64,000 bases of DNA from Flaccisagitta enflata (GCA_965153355.1 OZ231126.1:19468001-19532000), one strand, 5' to 3'. Positions 1 through 11,906 are shown, counted from the first letter of the stretch. Numbers and translations are program-made. The notes: generated from the letters alone by a model not told the origin.

Positions 1-11
1 TCATGACTTAC

Positions 12-120
12 CTTGAATTTCATCAGCTAATTGAGCCTCGTCGGCGCCAACATCAAGAGGATAAGCCGCGACTGTCAATAAGAGAGCACCCAGGACAGCG
101 AGGTTCAAAAGCAGCTTCAT
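12..120 (-). CDS. Exon 1 of a secreted pre-pro-peptide gene (paralog A; remainder lies left of the window)
   Basis: ATG at 120 reads MKLLLNLAVLGALLLTVAAYPLDVGADEAQLADEIQ+G, then GTAAGT donor (phase 1). Hydrophobic signal peptide followed by an acidic pro-piece; same AYPL and EAQ..DE motifs and same intron position/phase as the gene at 13419-15245. Confidence 0.85.
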
Positions 121-214
121 TTTTTTGGCGCAAAAAAAGAATCTGCTAACGTCTTCAAATGAAATTTCAAGGGAACACACGATACTTGTAATCTTTGAGA
201 CTTTAAAGGGGCAA

Positions 215-325
215 CAAATTTATATTTCACCTAAACCTCATTTCTTTTCTTAGGATATCAGATTTCGTTTAGGCCAAGTCAATTACGGGTTACCTATCAA
301 ATTACAAAAGTACTAAGCAAACATA
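215..325 (-). promoter_or_regulatory. Proximal promoter of paralog A (TATA box plus conserved upstream blocks)
   Basis: ATATAAA on the minus strand at 219-225. On the plus strand GGCCAAGTCAAT (272-283), TTACC.ATCAAATTAC and GTACTAAG.AAAC are colinear with 15313-15421. Confidence 0.7.
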
Positions 326-507
326 ATTTTTTGGGGTTCAGAAAAAAGAGAGAGAAAAATAAAAGATAAAAAAATAAAAAGCGATCCTGATTTTTTCTTT
401 CAACTTTCTTTGTTAAGATCTTTTTTTTCTTTTTTTCATGCCTTTCTCATGAAAACATGAACCCATTACTATCAGTTTTCCTACCAGTATTCCCACCAGT
501 TCTCTGA

Positions 508-690
<183 letters not shown>

Positions 691-1005
691 AGAAAGGAGA
701 GAGATCAGAAAGGTGGTGAGGGGAGGGGGGAGTCGCATTGATGAAATTAAATTAAATTATCCCCTCTTCGTCTATCTGACTCAGAGACATAAATAACCAA
801 GTTTTGCTGTCGATTCAATTTGTAAGTACATTGCTACTTCTTTTTTCTACAATTTTTTCACGAGGAGAGCTGCCTTTACTGGTGCGGCTTTCCAATTCAA
901 GGCGTTTCAACCAAATGTATAGAAGGAGTATTTACACAAAATTTTGGTTGGTGTATTTGCGTGCTTCGCATAGCAAAAGTTGGTTATTTCTTTTCGCCCT
1001 CTTTA

Positions 1006-1420
1006 CCTAATGTGGAGTGACCACTTTTAGGACCCTTACCATTTTTGTTTTATCAAAAATCGTTCATCTTCCGTTTTTTAGAAAATTGCTTTTGAAGACC
1101 TAATTTGCATAATGCAGTGGGATAAAACAATATGCTGACATTGTTTGAATCAGCTTTTATAATTTTCTATTTTTCATAGAATTGCAATTCTGCCTTTTCA
1201 TTTGCTCTTTAATAACTTATGTTCTGATATTTTTGTTTATTTTTACATATATCATGATTTTTTAAAACAAATAATTGTCCTTTTTGTAACAAAACTACAC
1301 AGGATTTTGCTGAATTCTGGGAAATCAGTGGAAACTTTAAGGCCAAAACAAAAACGGAAGATGAAGGAATTTTGAAAAAAGGAAAATGGTCATCTTCATG
1401 ATTTTTGATCCTCCACATTA
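1006..1420. mobile_element. About 410-bp non-autonomous element with short TIRs (second copy at about 28262-28680)
   Basis: TAATGTGGAG...CTCCACATTA termini; internal sequence highly similar to 28262-28680. Confidence 0.75.
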
Positions 1421-1957
1421 CCTAAGTAGGGTGAAGGGATACTCCCAACTTTTGCTATGTGAAGCACCCAATTGGTGTATATTGGAAAATTAGAAGCAAA
1501 CAGGTATGACAGGCAGCATTATGTTTGTCATCACTCATTCGGTGGAGCTAACGGTGCGTGGGCAATGGACGAAATCTTGTAAAATATCACGCCACTGAAT
1601 TTGGGTGCCAACTAACCACTTATCCAATTACGCCCGTATACTACTCTGATCTTGAAAAAAAAAGTTCAGCAATTCTATTTGAAGAAAAAGTACGAATCTC
1701 TATGTCTGTTCCCAAATACAATCGATAGACATGAATTATAAGTGAACACTGAACAGATATTCATTGATAATTCATTCGACTGGCAAAAATTCGATCTTGC
1801 CAAACTCTTCCAGTGGCTGCTGCCAAATGACTTTTGTCGTAGATGTCAGACTTTTTTTTTTTTGTTTGAATGACAACACTTGTCTTAGAATCAACCTCTA
1901 CCTGTCGATTTATTTTGAAAGTATTGCTGGCTTTTTCCCTCCATGAATCTCGAACTT

Positions 1958-3335
1958 AATCGCGTGCACGTGACGCAATTACCCGCTATATCTGTCGGTC
2001 AGTCGGTCACGCCAGTCACACTTTGCATTTTTTGATGCTTACGGACATTTTTTTTGCATCACCGCTCCTGACCAAATGTTTGGTTGGCCGAGGCAGTGAC
2101 AACCAGCGGTCCACCCTGGTTTCTTTTACTTCCCTTTTCTGTCTCTTCCTACCTCCCAGCATCCTTTCCATCCCCTTTACCTCTTCCGCCGCCACTACCT
2201 CTGCCTCTACCTACCCTTTGACATCCTTTCCATTCCCTTAACCTCTTCTGCCAACAACTATACTGCCTCTACCTATCCTCATTTATCCTTTCTACCCCCT
2301 ACACCTCTTCCGCCGCTGCCGCTAGTGCCGCTACCTACCCCAAATCATGCCCCTATACCACTTCCGCCGCCGCCGCTAGTGCCGCTACCTACTCCATACC
2401 ATGCCCATACACCTCCTCCGCCGCTGCCGCTACTGCCTCTACTTACCCAAAATCATACCTGTATACCTCTTCCGCCGCCGCTGCTAGTGCCGCTACCTAC
2501 CCCAAATCAAGCCCCTACACTCTCTGCGCGCCGCCGCTAGTGCCGCTACCTACCATACCATGCTCCTACACCTCCGCCAGTGCTGCTACTACCTAGCCCA
2601 AATTATGCCCCTATACCTTCCGCTGCCGCTACTGCCGCTACCTATCCTAAATTATGCCCCTTCAACTCTACCGCCGCTAGTGCCGCTACACTACGACCGT
2701 GCCTTACACCTCCGCCGCTGCCGCTAGTGCCGCTCCACCCCATATAATTCCTGGACACCTCTTCCACCACCGCCACTAGTGCCGCTACTGACACTGGAAT
2801 TTTTTTTTTTTACAAGATGTATCCAAGGTAGCGGCAATAGCGGCAGCGGCGGAAGAGGTTTAGGGGGTTTCTATCTCTACCTCTGCTTCCTCTACCTACC
2901 CGATTAGCATCCTCCTACATCTCTTCCGCCGCCGCCTCTATTGCCGCCGCCTCTATTGCCGCTACCTTTAGTAGCGGCAGTAGCGGCAGCGGCGAAAGAG
3001 GTCTAGGGGCATGACATGGAGCAGGTAGCGGCAATAGAGGCGACGGCGGAAGAGGTAGGAGGATGAGAGGAGCTTAGTAGCGGCAGCAGAGGCGACGGCG
3101 GAAGAATTGTATGAGAATGGAGGGTGAAAGGTAGCGGAACAAGAGGCTTGGGCAGAGGATTTATAGGAGGATGAAAGAGGGAGGGAAGAAGAGGGAGGAG
3201 CGGCAATAGAGGTACCTCTTTTGGGCAGGGTCTAGGGCAGGAATAGGGCCTTTGTTTGGACGGCTGACTGTCATAGTCTGGGTTGGCCTATTTCATCACT
3301 GCCCCCATCCAACCGTGTATCCGTCCTTGTTTTTT
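1958..3335. mobile_element. HINE-like element carrying a GC-rich tandem array (about 50-bp unit) that is partly inverted
   Basis: Starts with the CGCGTGCACGTG hairpin and (GTCG)n; ends CCGTGTATCCGTCCTTGTTT like the other family A copies. Internal CCTCTTCCGCCGCCGCTAGTGCCGCTACC units at 2180-2790, reversed at about 2825-3210. Confidence 0.6.
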
Positions 3336-3579
3336 TTTGCAACGTTCGCTGAATATCACGGTTGAATGAAGCACATGTCTTGTTTTGGATCTCAAATTTA
3401 TATATTTATGCTATACATTGTATTTCAACAACATCTTCGTTTCATGATTGCAAAGGCATTTTTTTTTCTTTCTGTCAGTAGCCAAATGCAAATAGATATT
3501 TGGTGATATCCACAGGCTTACATTCAATAGGTGTTAGGAAAAAAGAGAACCAGAGTCGCACGGAAAATCATCAAAACAA

Positions 3580-4208
3580 TTATGAAAATAAAATGTTAAC
3601 AAAAACAGCCTCTCTTTCACCTTTGCCATTCACTCCACCTAAGCAAGCAACAGGCAAGTTTCTTGTACCGCCATTTATGACGACTGCGCGATGATTGGAT
3701 AACTCTCGATCTAAAGGATCTGCATCGGTCCATTCTTCCTTTTCCACGTTTAATATCTTCATCTTGAGAGATGCGCCTTCCCTATTCTTGCCACCGACGA
3801 GTAACAAATGATTCCCAGAAATGGGCGTCAACGAATGACGATACACTCCTTTCCCGCCTTCATGACCCCACAAAGAGCTTCCATCAACTTCCATTGGGAA
3901 GCCGGTGTTATGAAGTCTTCTCCATTTCCGCGTATTCATGTTCAGTTCGAAGAAGTCATTCAAGCATCGGTAGTTTTGACCGAGGCCGCTATGAACGTAG
4001 ACTCTTTCCTTGAGAATGGCGATGCCGTAAGAATGACGACTCTTCGGTTTGGGTCCGGAAGTGAAGAATTGCGAGAACCGGTTGGACTTTGGGTCGTATT
4101 GATGAACTTGGACGGTTTTCCATTCCCACAAACTCGACTCTCCCAGCAAGAATATTTTGCCTTCGTGACACCATGCTTTGTGCGGGAGTCTAGCCAGAAC
4201 CTTATCGC
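3580..4208 (-). CDS. Exon 3 (last) of the papain-like/3TM/mucin/Kelch gene: KLHDC-type Kelch repeats
   Basis: Acceptor TTTGCATCTATCAG|GC, phase 1, giving PKG-DKVLAR. Kelch motifs GPKPKSRHSY, VYVHSG...LNDFFELNMNTRKW, RHSLTPISGNHLLLVGG and CLGG; stop at 3580-3582. Confidence 0.85.
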
Positions 4209-4361
4209 CTGATAGATGCAAACATAAATTGTTGACAAAGAGTCATATTCATATTTGCGATTCGGTTTTATTCCGACTCGATTTTACTTTTTCATTCGAC
4301 AAATACAAAAATTAGCGTAAGCATAGCGCCTTGTATTAGGTATTCAAAGTGGCCCGAGTTA

Positions 4362-5267
4362 CCGTATTTTTTTTCTAATTAGCGCCCCGGGCGCTTTTGA
4401 AATTGAAATATAATTTTGTTTTTTAACCCTCCTTTGCAATTTAGATGAACTGTCATTCAGTCCATTTTTTCATGAGAGGCTATCAAATGCTGAATTTGAC
4501 TGGAAATATTCATTGCATATATCTGATAGAAAGTCACTGAAAATGGTTAATTGCGTCTTGTTATTTTATCATTTTACTCAATATATCTGCTCAAATCTCT
4601 TCTGAATATTGTAACACAAAAAATAGTCGCAAAAGTGTTAGATGGTCAGCGGTACCCGTGCCCTGCCTAAGTAGGTTGTGGACGAAGTTGAGGGGGGAGC
4701 AGGGCAGCAGCCCCGAAGGGGTCGATGATCGATGCATTCACACAGGGGAATTTTCTCTTTCTCCTCCTTCTCCTCCTTCTCCGTCCGTTCCCCTCCCCTC
4801 AAATCCCAGTCTCGAGGCCCAAATTCCAGTCTCGAGGCCTCAATCCCAGGCTTGAGGCCCAAATCCCAGCCTCAAGGCCCAAATCCTAGCCTCAAGGCCT
4901 AAATCAGAGCCTGGAGGCTGAGATTTGGGCCTTAAGGCGGGGATCTGGGCCTCTTGGCTGAGATTTTGACCTTGAGGCTGAGATTTGGGCTTCAAGACTG
5001 AAATCTGAGCCTCCAGGCTAGGATTTAGGCCTTGAGGCTAGGATTTGGGCCTTGAGGCTGGGATTTGGGCCTCAAGACTGGGATTTGGGCCTCGAGACTG
5101 GAATTTGGGCCTCGAGACTGAAATTTGAGGGGGCGGGTACGGACGTAGGAGGAGGAGAAGGAGAAAATTCCCCTGTGTGAAAGCATAGGTCATGGACCCC
5201 TTCGGGGCCGCTGCCCAAAAGGGGGGGCCGGTAATTGGAGGGGGGGCGCTAAATGGAAAAAATATGG
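4362..5267. mobile_element. pogo/Tigger-like MITE (TA TSD) in intron 2, with a nested family B element
   Basis: TA|CCGTATTTTTTTTCTAATTAGCGCCCC ... GGGGCGCTAAATGGAAAAAATATGG|TA. Confidence 0.75.
4621..5220 (-). mobile_element. HINE-like family B element with two opposed 21-bp tandem arrays
   Basis: AATAGTCGCAAAAG end, subterminal inverted GGCAGC.GCCCCGAAGGGG / CCCCTTCGGGGCCGCTGCCC, and (GGCCCAAATCCCAGCCTCAAG)n arrays in opposite orientations. Close copies at 29550-30142 and 34410-35018. Confidence 0.7.
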
Positions 5268-5344
5268 TAGTTGTATTGCACTGCTTTGTCAACATCCATT
5301 TCCCTACAACGTGGCATAAATCATTAATTATGCATCTTACTAAC

Positions 5345-5749
5345 CTTTGGGCAAGAATCTCTTAAATAGTCCATCCGAAGAAAGAGTAAACACGTAATCG
5401 ATTTTCTTGACATTGCCTTCGTTGGGACTCCATTTGTTACCGCCGAGGATGTAAAGGACGCCGTCGCAGACCCTCGACGCCGCGCCCAAGATGCCGTTGA
5501 CGTGAATGTCGCCGCGAGTCGGCAAAAGTCTGATTCGATGACGAAGATCTTCGACTTGGCGTTGATCCGATGAAAATTCGTTGTCGTTGTTGTTGAGCTT
5601 CAATGACCAAAAGTAGGTTCCAAATTCCGATTCTGGTTCGGAGGCGTCTCTGACGCCGCCCCACGCTATCAGAGTGTCGTTGAAAACTTCCACGATTCCA
5701 TGTCGATTGATGGGGAAACGAGGCCAAATGGAATGGGTTATGGTGGGAT
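5345..5749 (-). CDS. Exon 2 of the papain-like/3TM/mucin/Kelch gene: first Kelch repeats
   Basis: Acceptor TTTTTGTTGCTTCAG|AT and donor G|GTTAGT; 405 nt, phase 1-1. Motifs RHGIVEVFNDTLIAWGG and DGVLYILGG. Confidence 0.85.
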
Positions 5750-5910
5750 CTGAAGCAACAAAAAGGTTTGTATAGATTTGAGTGGACATCAGGGTTAATT
5801 CTAAATCTTTTTTTTTAAATGACATTTTTCAATGTATACATAGAAAAAAGAAGAAGGTGGACACCGGACAGGCGGACTGACTTAGAGACAGTCAATATAG
5901 TTCGGCTCAC

Positions 5911-8125
5911 CAGGAATGCCTGGTGTTATGGTAGTCACCGTTCCCACATCTGATGTAACTGAAAGGGTTGTTGTCGTGCCATCAACGCTGTTTTGAGTGA
6001 CACCAGCAAATGATGTGTTGCCGATTGCCATGGTGTAGGTCTTGTATGTTGGATCACCCTGAAACGGTGTGACCGTGACCGCCTGTGCTTCTGTAGTAGC
6101 CGCTGGAAATTTGTTTGGTAAACTTGAGGAGGTTGAATATTCCATTGTAGTAGATGTTGTGGCCTCACTTTGTTGAGAGGTTGTTTTAAAAAGGGTTGAA
6201 TCAACAATGTAGCTAGCTGAGACTGATTTCGCAGTTGTATTTGGCAATATTGTGACAGTTGTAATGGTTGTATCGGAATTGTCAACAACCTGATAGGTTG
6301 AAGCCACAGTGTTTGTGTTTGCTTCAAATGTCCTATTCTCAACCGCAGTGGCCAATGATGATAGCGTTGATGTTGTCACAATATTTGCTTCAGAAGCTGA
6401 TGATGACTTATCTATTCCTTTTGTCGCGATGGAAACCGATGGTACTGTCAAACCGTCAACAACAACGGGTGATGATGTTTCATGTGCTGCCGCTGTTGCG
6501 GCTGCATTTGGTGTGCTGTGAATCGATGCACCGATCAATTCGCCAATAGATTCGGTTGCGAACGTGTTTGTCGTTAAAATTGCACGTGTGTTGGTCGTTT
6601 TTCCGGTGGTAGTCTCTAAAGAAACCGATGCCATAGTGGACTTTGTGGTGAACTTCAAGTTCAAATGATTAAATCCTTGGCTTAAATCTGTCGCTGTCAT
6701 GGTCGAAGTGGTGAAATTTTCATGAGTCATATTCCTCGAGCTTGTATCCCTAAGTGCCATCAACGTTGGCATCAAGATGGGTTGCATGCTAATGGAAACG
6801 ATGAGGAAGAGAAAAGCTACAAGCACTGAAGCGATTGAGACACAGGAACAGACGCTACAAGATCTAGTCCAGCAGCGGAGCTTGAACAGACATCGGGACA
6901 CGGCTGGATGGAGGGAACCGAGAACGAAAATCAGGGACAAAACGGCAGAGATTGACAAGGACATTGCCAAACTGTGAATGTTGGTCCAACTATTTGGAAG
7001 GAACAATGACAAAATCACGAAAAGCGTCAGGGAAACCAAGACAGATAAAGTGCAAGAGAGAAAAAGCGACCACCGCGTCGAAGATTTGCGCAATGGAATG
7101 GCATCTGTGACATATTTCGCCGGATTAGGAAAAGGCACCGACGCGAATCGTTGCCACAAATTGCTGGCAAATTGCTGGCAATTGGAATTGGTGAGATGGT
7201 ATTTTTCCTTCAGCTCTCCTTCGTCGTGGAGCCATCGAATGACGTCTTTGAACGTGACGCCGTCTTTTGGTTTCGAGTCGGTCGTCACTTTCATCATCGT
7301 CGAAAGTCGTTTGCGCCGCTTCCGGTTTTGAAACTCTTTGACGACCGTCGATCGGTCCGTCGACGACGCTGATGCGGATGACGCTGATGTGGTTGATGGC
7401 GATGCCGTTGTAGGAGAAGACGATGATCCCGATGAAGGCGATGATGACGACGGTGACGACGACGGTGACGTTGGTGAAGAAGTTGATGACGAAGATGGAG
7501 ATGACGATAACGTCGTTGTGTTCGACGAGGATGACGACAGTGACAACGGTGAAGACATTGATGACGAAGATGGAGATGATGATAATGTTGTTGTCGTCGA
7601 CGGTGATGACGATAGTGACGTTGGTGATGATGGTGAAGATGTTGAAGATGTTGATAATGCAGATGGAGATGATTCCGATGAAGGTAATGTGGATAATGAT
7701 GGAGACGATGATGACAACGCTGACAACGGTGAAGACGTTGATAACGAAGATGGAGATGACGATAACGTCGTTGTCGTCGATGATGATGACGACGCTGACA
7801 ATGACGTAGAAGTCAACGACGAATTCGTCGACTGAACCAAGATGCAAGACGGTAGTTTTTCGATGCTGAACGCGTCGCCATTTTCCGTCTTCGCGATGAC
7901 AATGTGATGAGTCAACAGATTCTTGAAATAGGCGCAGTTGACGGCCAACGAAATCTGAAACGCCGTCAATTCGACGATTTTGACGTTCATCGAAGGGAAA
8001 TTGACGAGGTTTGAGTCTGGGCCGATGTCGAAGTAGTCACAATGAGAGGCCACTTGTCCATCGCCCACGTAGTCGATGTGGGTCAACTGGGACAACCAAG
8101 ATTCGCCGCGCAGAGAATCGCTCAT
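5911..8125 (-). CDS. Exon 1 of an approximately 1082-aa membrane protein: permuted papain-like (PPPDE/LRAT-type) domain with Ser-rich insert, 3 TM helices and Thr/Ser mucin stalk
   Basis: ACCATG at 8125. HHIVIAKTENGDAFSIEK...YHLTNSNCQQFA gives a His then an NC motif. Three hydrophobic stretches at about 6775-7073; T/S-rich region with NMT, NFT, NRT, NTT and NTS sequons. Donor CCTG|GTGAGC (phase 1) joins exon 2 in frame. Start codon not certain. Confidence 0.8.
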
Positions 8126-8127
8126 GG

Positions 8128-8249
<122 letters not shown>

Positions 8250-9039
8250 GGTAGTGGTGGTGGTGGTGGTGGTGGGGATGGTAAGGGTGGTGTTTTTGTT
8301 ATTGTTGTTGTTTGTTTTTTTCTAAAAGAATGATATCGTGATCGCTCTTTTGCGGGTACAATTACCAAATAGGCCGAATACCAGAGATATCCGCGACATA
8401 ACGGAACTTTTCCAAACCCATTATGAAAGTGGCTCTAAAAATTGAGCAATCGAGAGAAAAAGGTGTCATCGGGTTTTCCGTTAACAAAGATTATACCAGT
8501 AACCAGTTTTGAAATAATTACATTTTTCGATGCGTCCTCGCATCTCTATGATAGGCTGTGTCCGTTGGTCGGTTGATCGGTCGGTCGGTTGGTTGGTCGG
8601 TAACGCGTTCATTAAAAACATCAAAATCAAGCATTTTTTCAACAGAAAAGTGGTTCTGACCCAGAAAAAGAAGCATACATCAAGTAATTCATTCATTCAA
8701 TCATTTATTCATTCACAAATGACATTCATTCTTAAAAAAAAACATTCATTCATAAAAAAACTTTCATTCAAAGAGGACGCATCGTTGGCCTTGTTAGTAA
8801 CCAACTTTGGGGAATTTTGGAATGACGAAATTGAACTCTGACTGAGATGCTATGAGTGCGTTGCCTGGGAAAGGTCATGGCTAAATGTTGTGATAAAGTG
8901 GGCAGCAGCCGAACTCGCCATAAGCCCAGAAAAGCAAATCATGGGCTACATAAGGAACGGACCGTCGAACTGAAAAGTACACAAGTAACACGGGGTTACA
9001 ATAACGTTGCAGACGGGGGGCAGGGGCGAAAAATCGCGT

Positions 9040-9577
9040 TTTTAACCTTTTGACTCCATCACAACGGATAGACGGACGGACAGACTGACAAAGCATCTTA
9101 TAGAGATGTCTAACAGGTCGCCCAAGGGCAATATGTGGTCAGCGATACCCGTTGCCCTGCTTTGTATGGTTGTAAATGAGAGGCAGGGCAGTGGCCCCGA
9201 AGGGGACAAAGTCCTGTAGAACACAGGGGGCTTTTGTTCGTCTGTCCGTTCATTTGTCCGCCCCCCCGGCCCTCTCAGGCCCAAAATCTGCCCTTTCAGG
9301 CCTAAAATCTACCCTCTCAGGCCTGAAATCTGCCCTTCTCAGGCCTTGAAATCTGAGAGGGCAGATTTCAGGCCTGAGAGGGCAGATTTAAAGCCTGACA
9401 GGCAGATTTCAGGTCTGAAAGGGCAAATTTTAGGCCTGGGAGGGCAGATTTTAGGCCTGAGAGGGCAGATTTCAGGCCTGAGAGGGCCTGGGGTGGACGA
9501 GCGAAGGAATGAATAAACGAGCGAAAGTCCCCTGTGTTCTACAGGACTTCGTCCCCTTCAGGGGCGCTGGCCAAAAA
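9040..9577 (-). mobile_element. HINE-like family B variant with opposed (CAGGCCTGAGAGGGCAGATTT)n arrays
   Basis: GGCAGTGGCCCCGAAGGGGAC...GTCCTGTAGAACACAGGGG and its inverted copy. Related copies at about 14187-15033, 27190-27400, 51050-52600 and 53620-53840. Confidence 0.65.
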
Positions 9578-9632
9578 GTTGCGGTTTGTAATCAGATGGT
9601 CTCGCTAGGAAATCACCGGTCGGATACCTTAG

Positions 9633-9790
9633 CACAGTGCCCCGGATCCTACCACCACGAAAAATAAGTACCCGTCACCCCCCTATCACCACCAATTCAC
9701 CTAAACAGTGCCCCGGATCCCACCACCACGAAAAATAAGTACCCGTCACCCCCCTATCATCCCCCTATAACCATCAATTTACCTAGTAGT
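9633..9790. repeat. Tandem units of 70-85 bp beginning CACAGTG (also 29225-29468 in the opposite orientation)
   Basis: CACAGTGC(C/T)CCGGATCC.ACCACCACGAAAAATAAGTACC occurs twice here and three times at 29225-29468. Confidence 0.7.
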
Positions 9791-10069
9791 CACCTAAGCT
9801 TAGGTGACTAATACTTGTGCCGAAACTGGTCTGACTCAGAGTTTGAGTCTGAGTTTGAGTCTGAGTTTGAGTCTGAGTCAGGGTCATGTATTCGCGATTT
9901 AACGATGGAAATCAGAAATTAAAACACTTCATGATATCCACTAGATGTAATTAGCATATTAGCAATGAGCGATCACTGCACTTTCTACATGAGAACTGGC
10001 TCAACGGCAATTATCACTAATTCAAAGGGATATACAGTAGCTCAAAGTCATGTAAACCGATGATTTACA

Positions 10070-10106
<37 letters not shown>

Positions 10107-10199
10107 GTGCTTCCCTTTGTCTCCCCCTGTCTGCCTCGGCCTATCCGTCTAATTGTGAGTCTTTCTCCCTTCATGCACTCGGCTGCCTATTTTCTAGTA

Positions 10200-10760
10200 C
10201 AGTAGATCTCGTCTAGACTTGAGATAACGGGGCAAGCATTGTAGATTAACATATGAAGCCAGCGGATTGATATTTGAAACATAGACTAATAAAATGATGC
10301 TTTATTGCCCATGATAGTTGGTTGCCATGGAAACGCATTTCCATGTATTTACGCTAAAGTATCGATATTTTGAGAAATTTTTGAGGAAACATTGCTTAAA
10401 ATCAAATTTGCTTTAACTTTCCCACAGTATGTTCTGTAAGAATGTCGCTCGTTTAGCGGTTGCTGGGGGTTGTCACACATGGATACGCTCCCTAGCAACG
10501 GTGAAACCAGCGATATTCTTACAGAACATACTGTGGGAAAGTTGAAGCAAATTTAATTCTAAGCAATGTTCCCTCAAAAATTTTTTCAAAATATTGATAT
10601 TTTAGCATAAATATATGGAAATGCGTTTCCATGGCAACCAAGTATCATGGAGAATAAATCATTCTTTTATTAATTTATATTCCAAATATCAGCCCTCTAG
10701 TTTCATTTGTTCTTCCAAAGTGCTTGGCCCCGTTATCTCAAATCTAGACGAGATCTACTG
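10200..10760. mobile_element. Tc1/mariner-type foldback MITE
   Basis: TA|CAGTAGATCTCGTCTAGA.TTGAGATAACGGGGC ... GCCCCGTTATCTCAAATCTAGACGAGATCTACTG|TA; almost the whole element is an imperfect palindrome. Confidence 0.85.
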
Positions 10761-11298
10761 TAGCTATTCAGACTTGCTCATCACTTCGCCTACTCAATGC
10801 ACAAATGGAAATCGATTCAAACACATCAAACTCCGACCGGGACAGAATTAGACAACCTGATCTGATTCGCTCTAGCGCGTAGGGATGGTGACCCCATTGA
10901 TATTGTTCTCTTGTTTCTTACAAAAAATACCAGTCCATTTTCATTAACACTTTCCTCTCCACTCCAGTCACCGCGCCAACATATCTGTCACATTTCTATT
11001 GACAAATCGGCGCGGTGCTGTTAAGGTGGGTGACACTGCGCCGGGGGGGGGGGGACGCTAGGATGAGGTGACGAGGTGACAAGGTGACGAGGTGACGAGG
11101 TGACAAGGTGAGTGATCATGATCCACCTCAATACCAGCACAGAGCAGCTGAAGCAGCTTATGGGAATTCATATCTATTGAAAATAAAATCATCCTTTAAG
11201 CGATTTTTGAGAAAAAAATTGCCAAATTCTTTTTTGTTTTGTTTTGTTTTGTGTTTTTTTGTTTTTGTTTTTTTAATTTTTTTTTCATTTTTTTTTTT

Positions 11299-11336
<38 letters not shown>

Positions 11337-11690
11337 TGTCTTGACGTCTTGTTTGTTAACAAATTTCGAATCGTGGTTCACAACCACTGACTGAACATTC
11401 CTAAGACAAAGTTGGGGCAGATCTCTCACCTAGATCCTGGCGCCCCCTCCCAGGCGCAGTGGTGACCACTGCATATCATTTCATTGGTAAAATCTCGCCG
11501 ATTGCTTCAGAGGAAAACATCATAGTTCTTCTTTCACCTTAGCACTACTACCCTCTAAAAATGATTATTCAACTCTGAACGAAGATGTTTAAAGTCGATT
11601 CTTTAGCTAAGCCTCAACAGTTGCAAGTTGAGCGGATTGGCAGATTGAAAAATGATCAATTTTCAAGTTTTTGCGTGGCGTTTCTACATA

Positions 11691-11906
11691 AACAAGGCCG
11701 GATACACGGCTACCCCAGTCTCGTGCGGGGGGGCAGGGGCCGTATTTAATGTTACTTGATCATTTGGGCAGGAGCAGTGAGGCCAAAAACCGCAAAAACC
11801 CCAAAAAAGTAAAGTGTGACGGACCGACGGACGGACCGACGGACGGACCGATGGACAGACGGACCGACAAAGCGGGGTGTAGAGTCGCGTATCACGCGAC
11901 TAAAAA
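11691..11906 (-). mobile_element. HINE/DINE-1-like family A element (reference copy)
   Basis: AACAAGGCCGGATACACGGC end, (GACG/GACC)n microsatellite, GTCGCGT..ACGCGAC hairpin and poly-T/A flank. Copies at about 17645-17817, 18597-18755, 23894-24081, 41684-41881, 45595-45755, 52943-53148, 59606-59800 and 61961-62185. Confidence 0.75.

Noticed and set aside
2325-3206. Pro-rich extensin-like ORFs
   Set aside because: Tandem array inside a non-autonomous element, with frequent stops, frameshifts and an inverted half.
7125-7847. Asp-rich (+), Met/Thr-rich (+) and Ile/Val-rich (-) ORFs
   Set aside because: Antisense or alternative-frame shadows of the Ser-rich repeat in the real gene.
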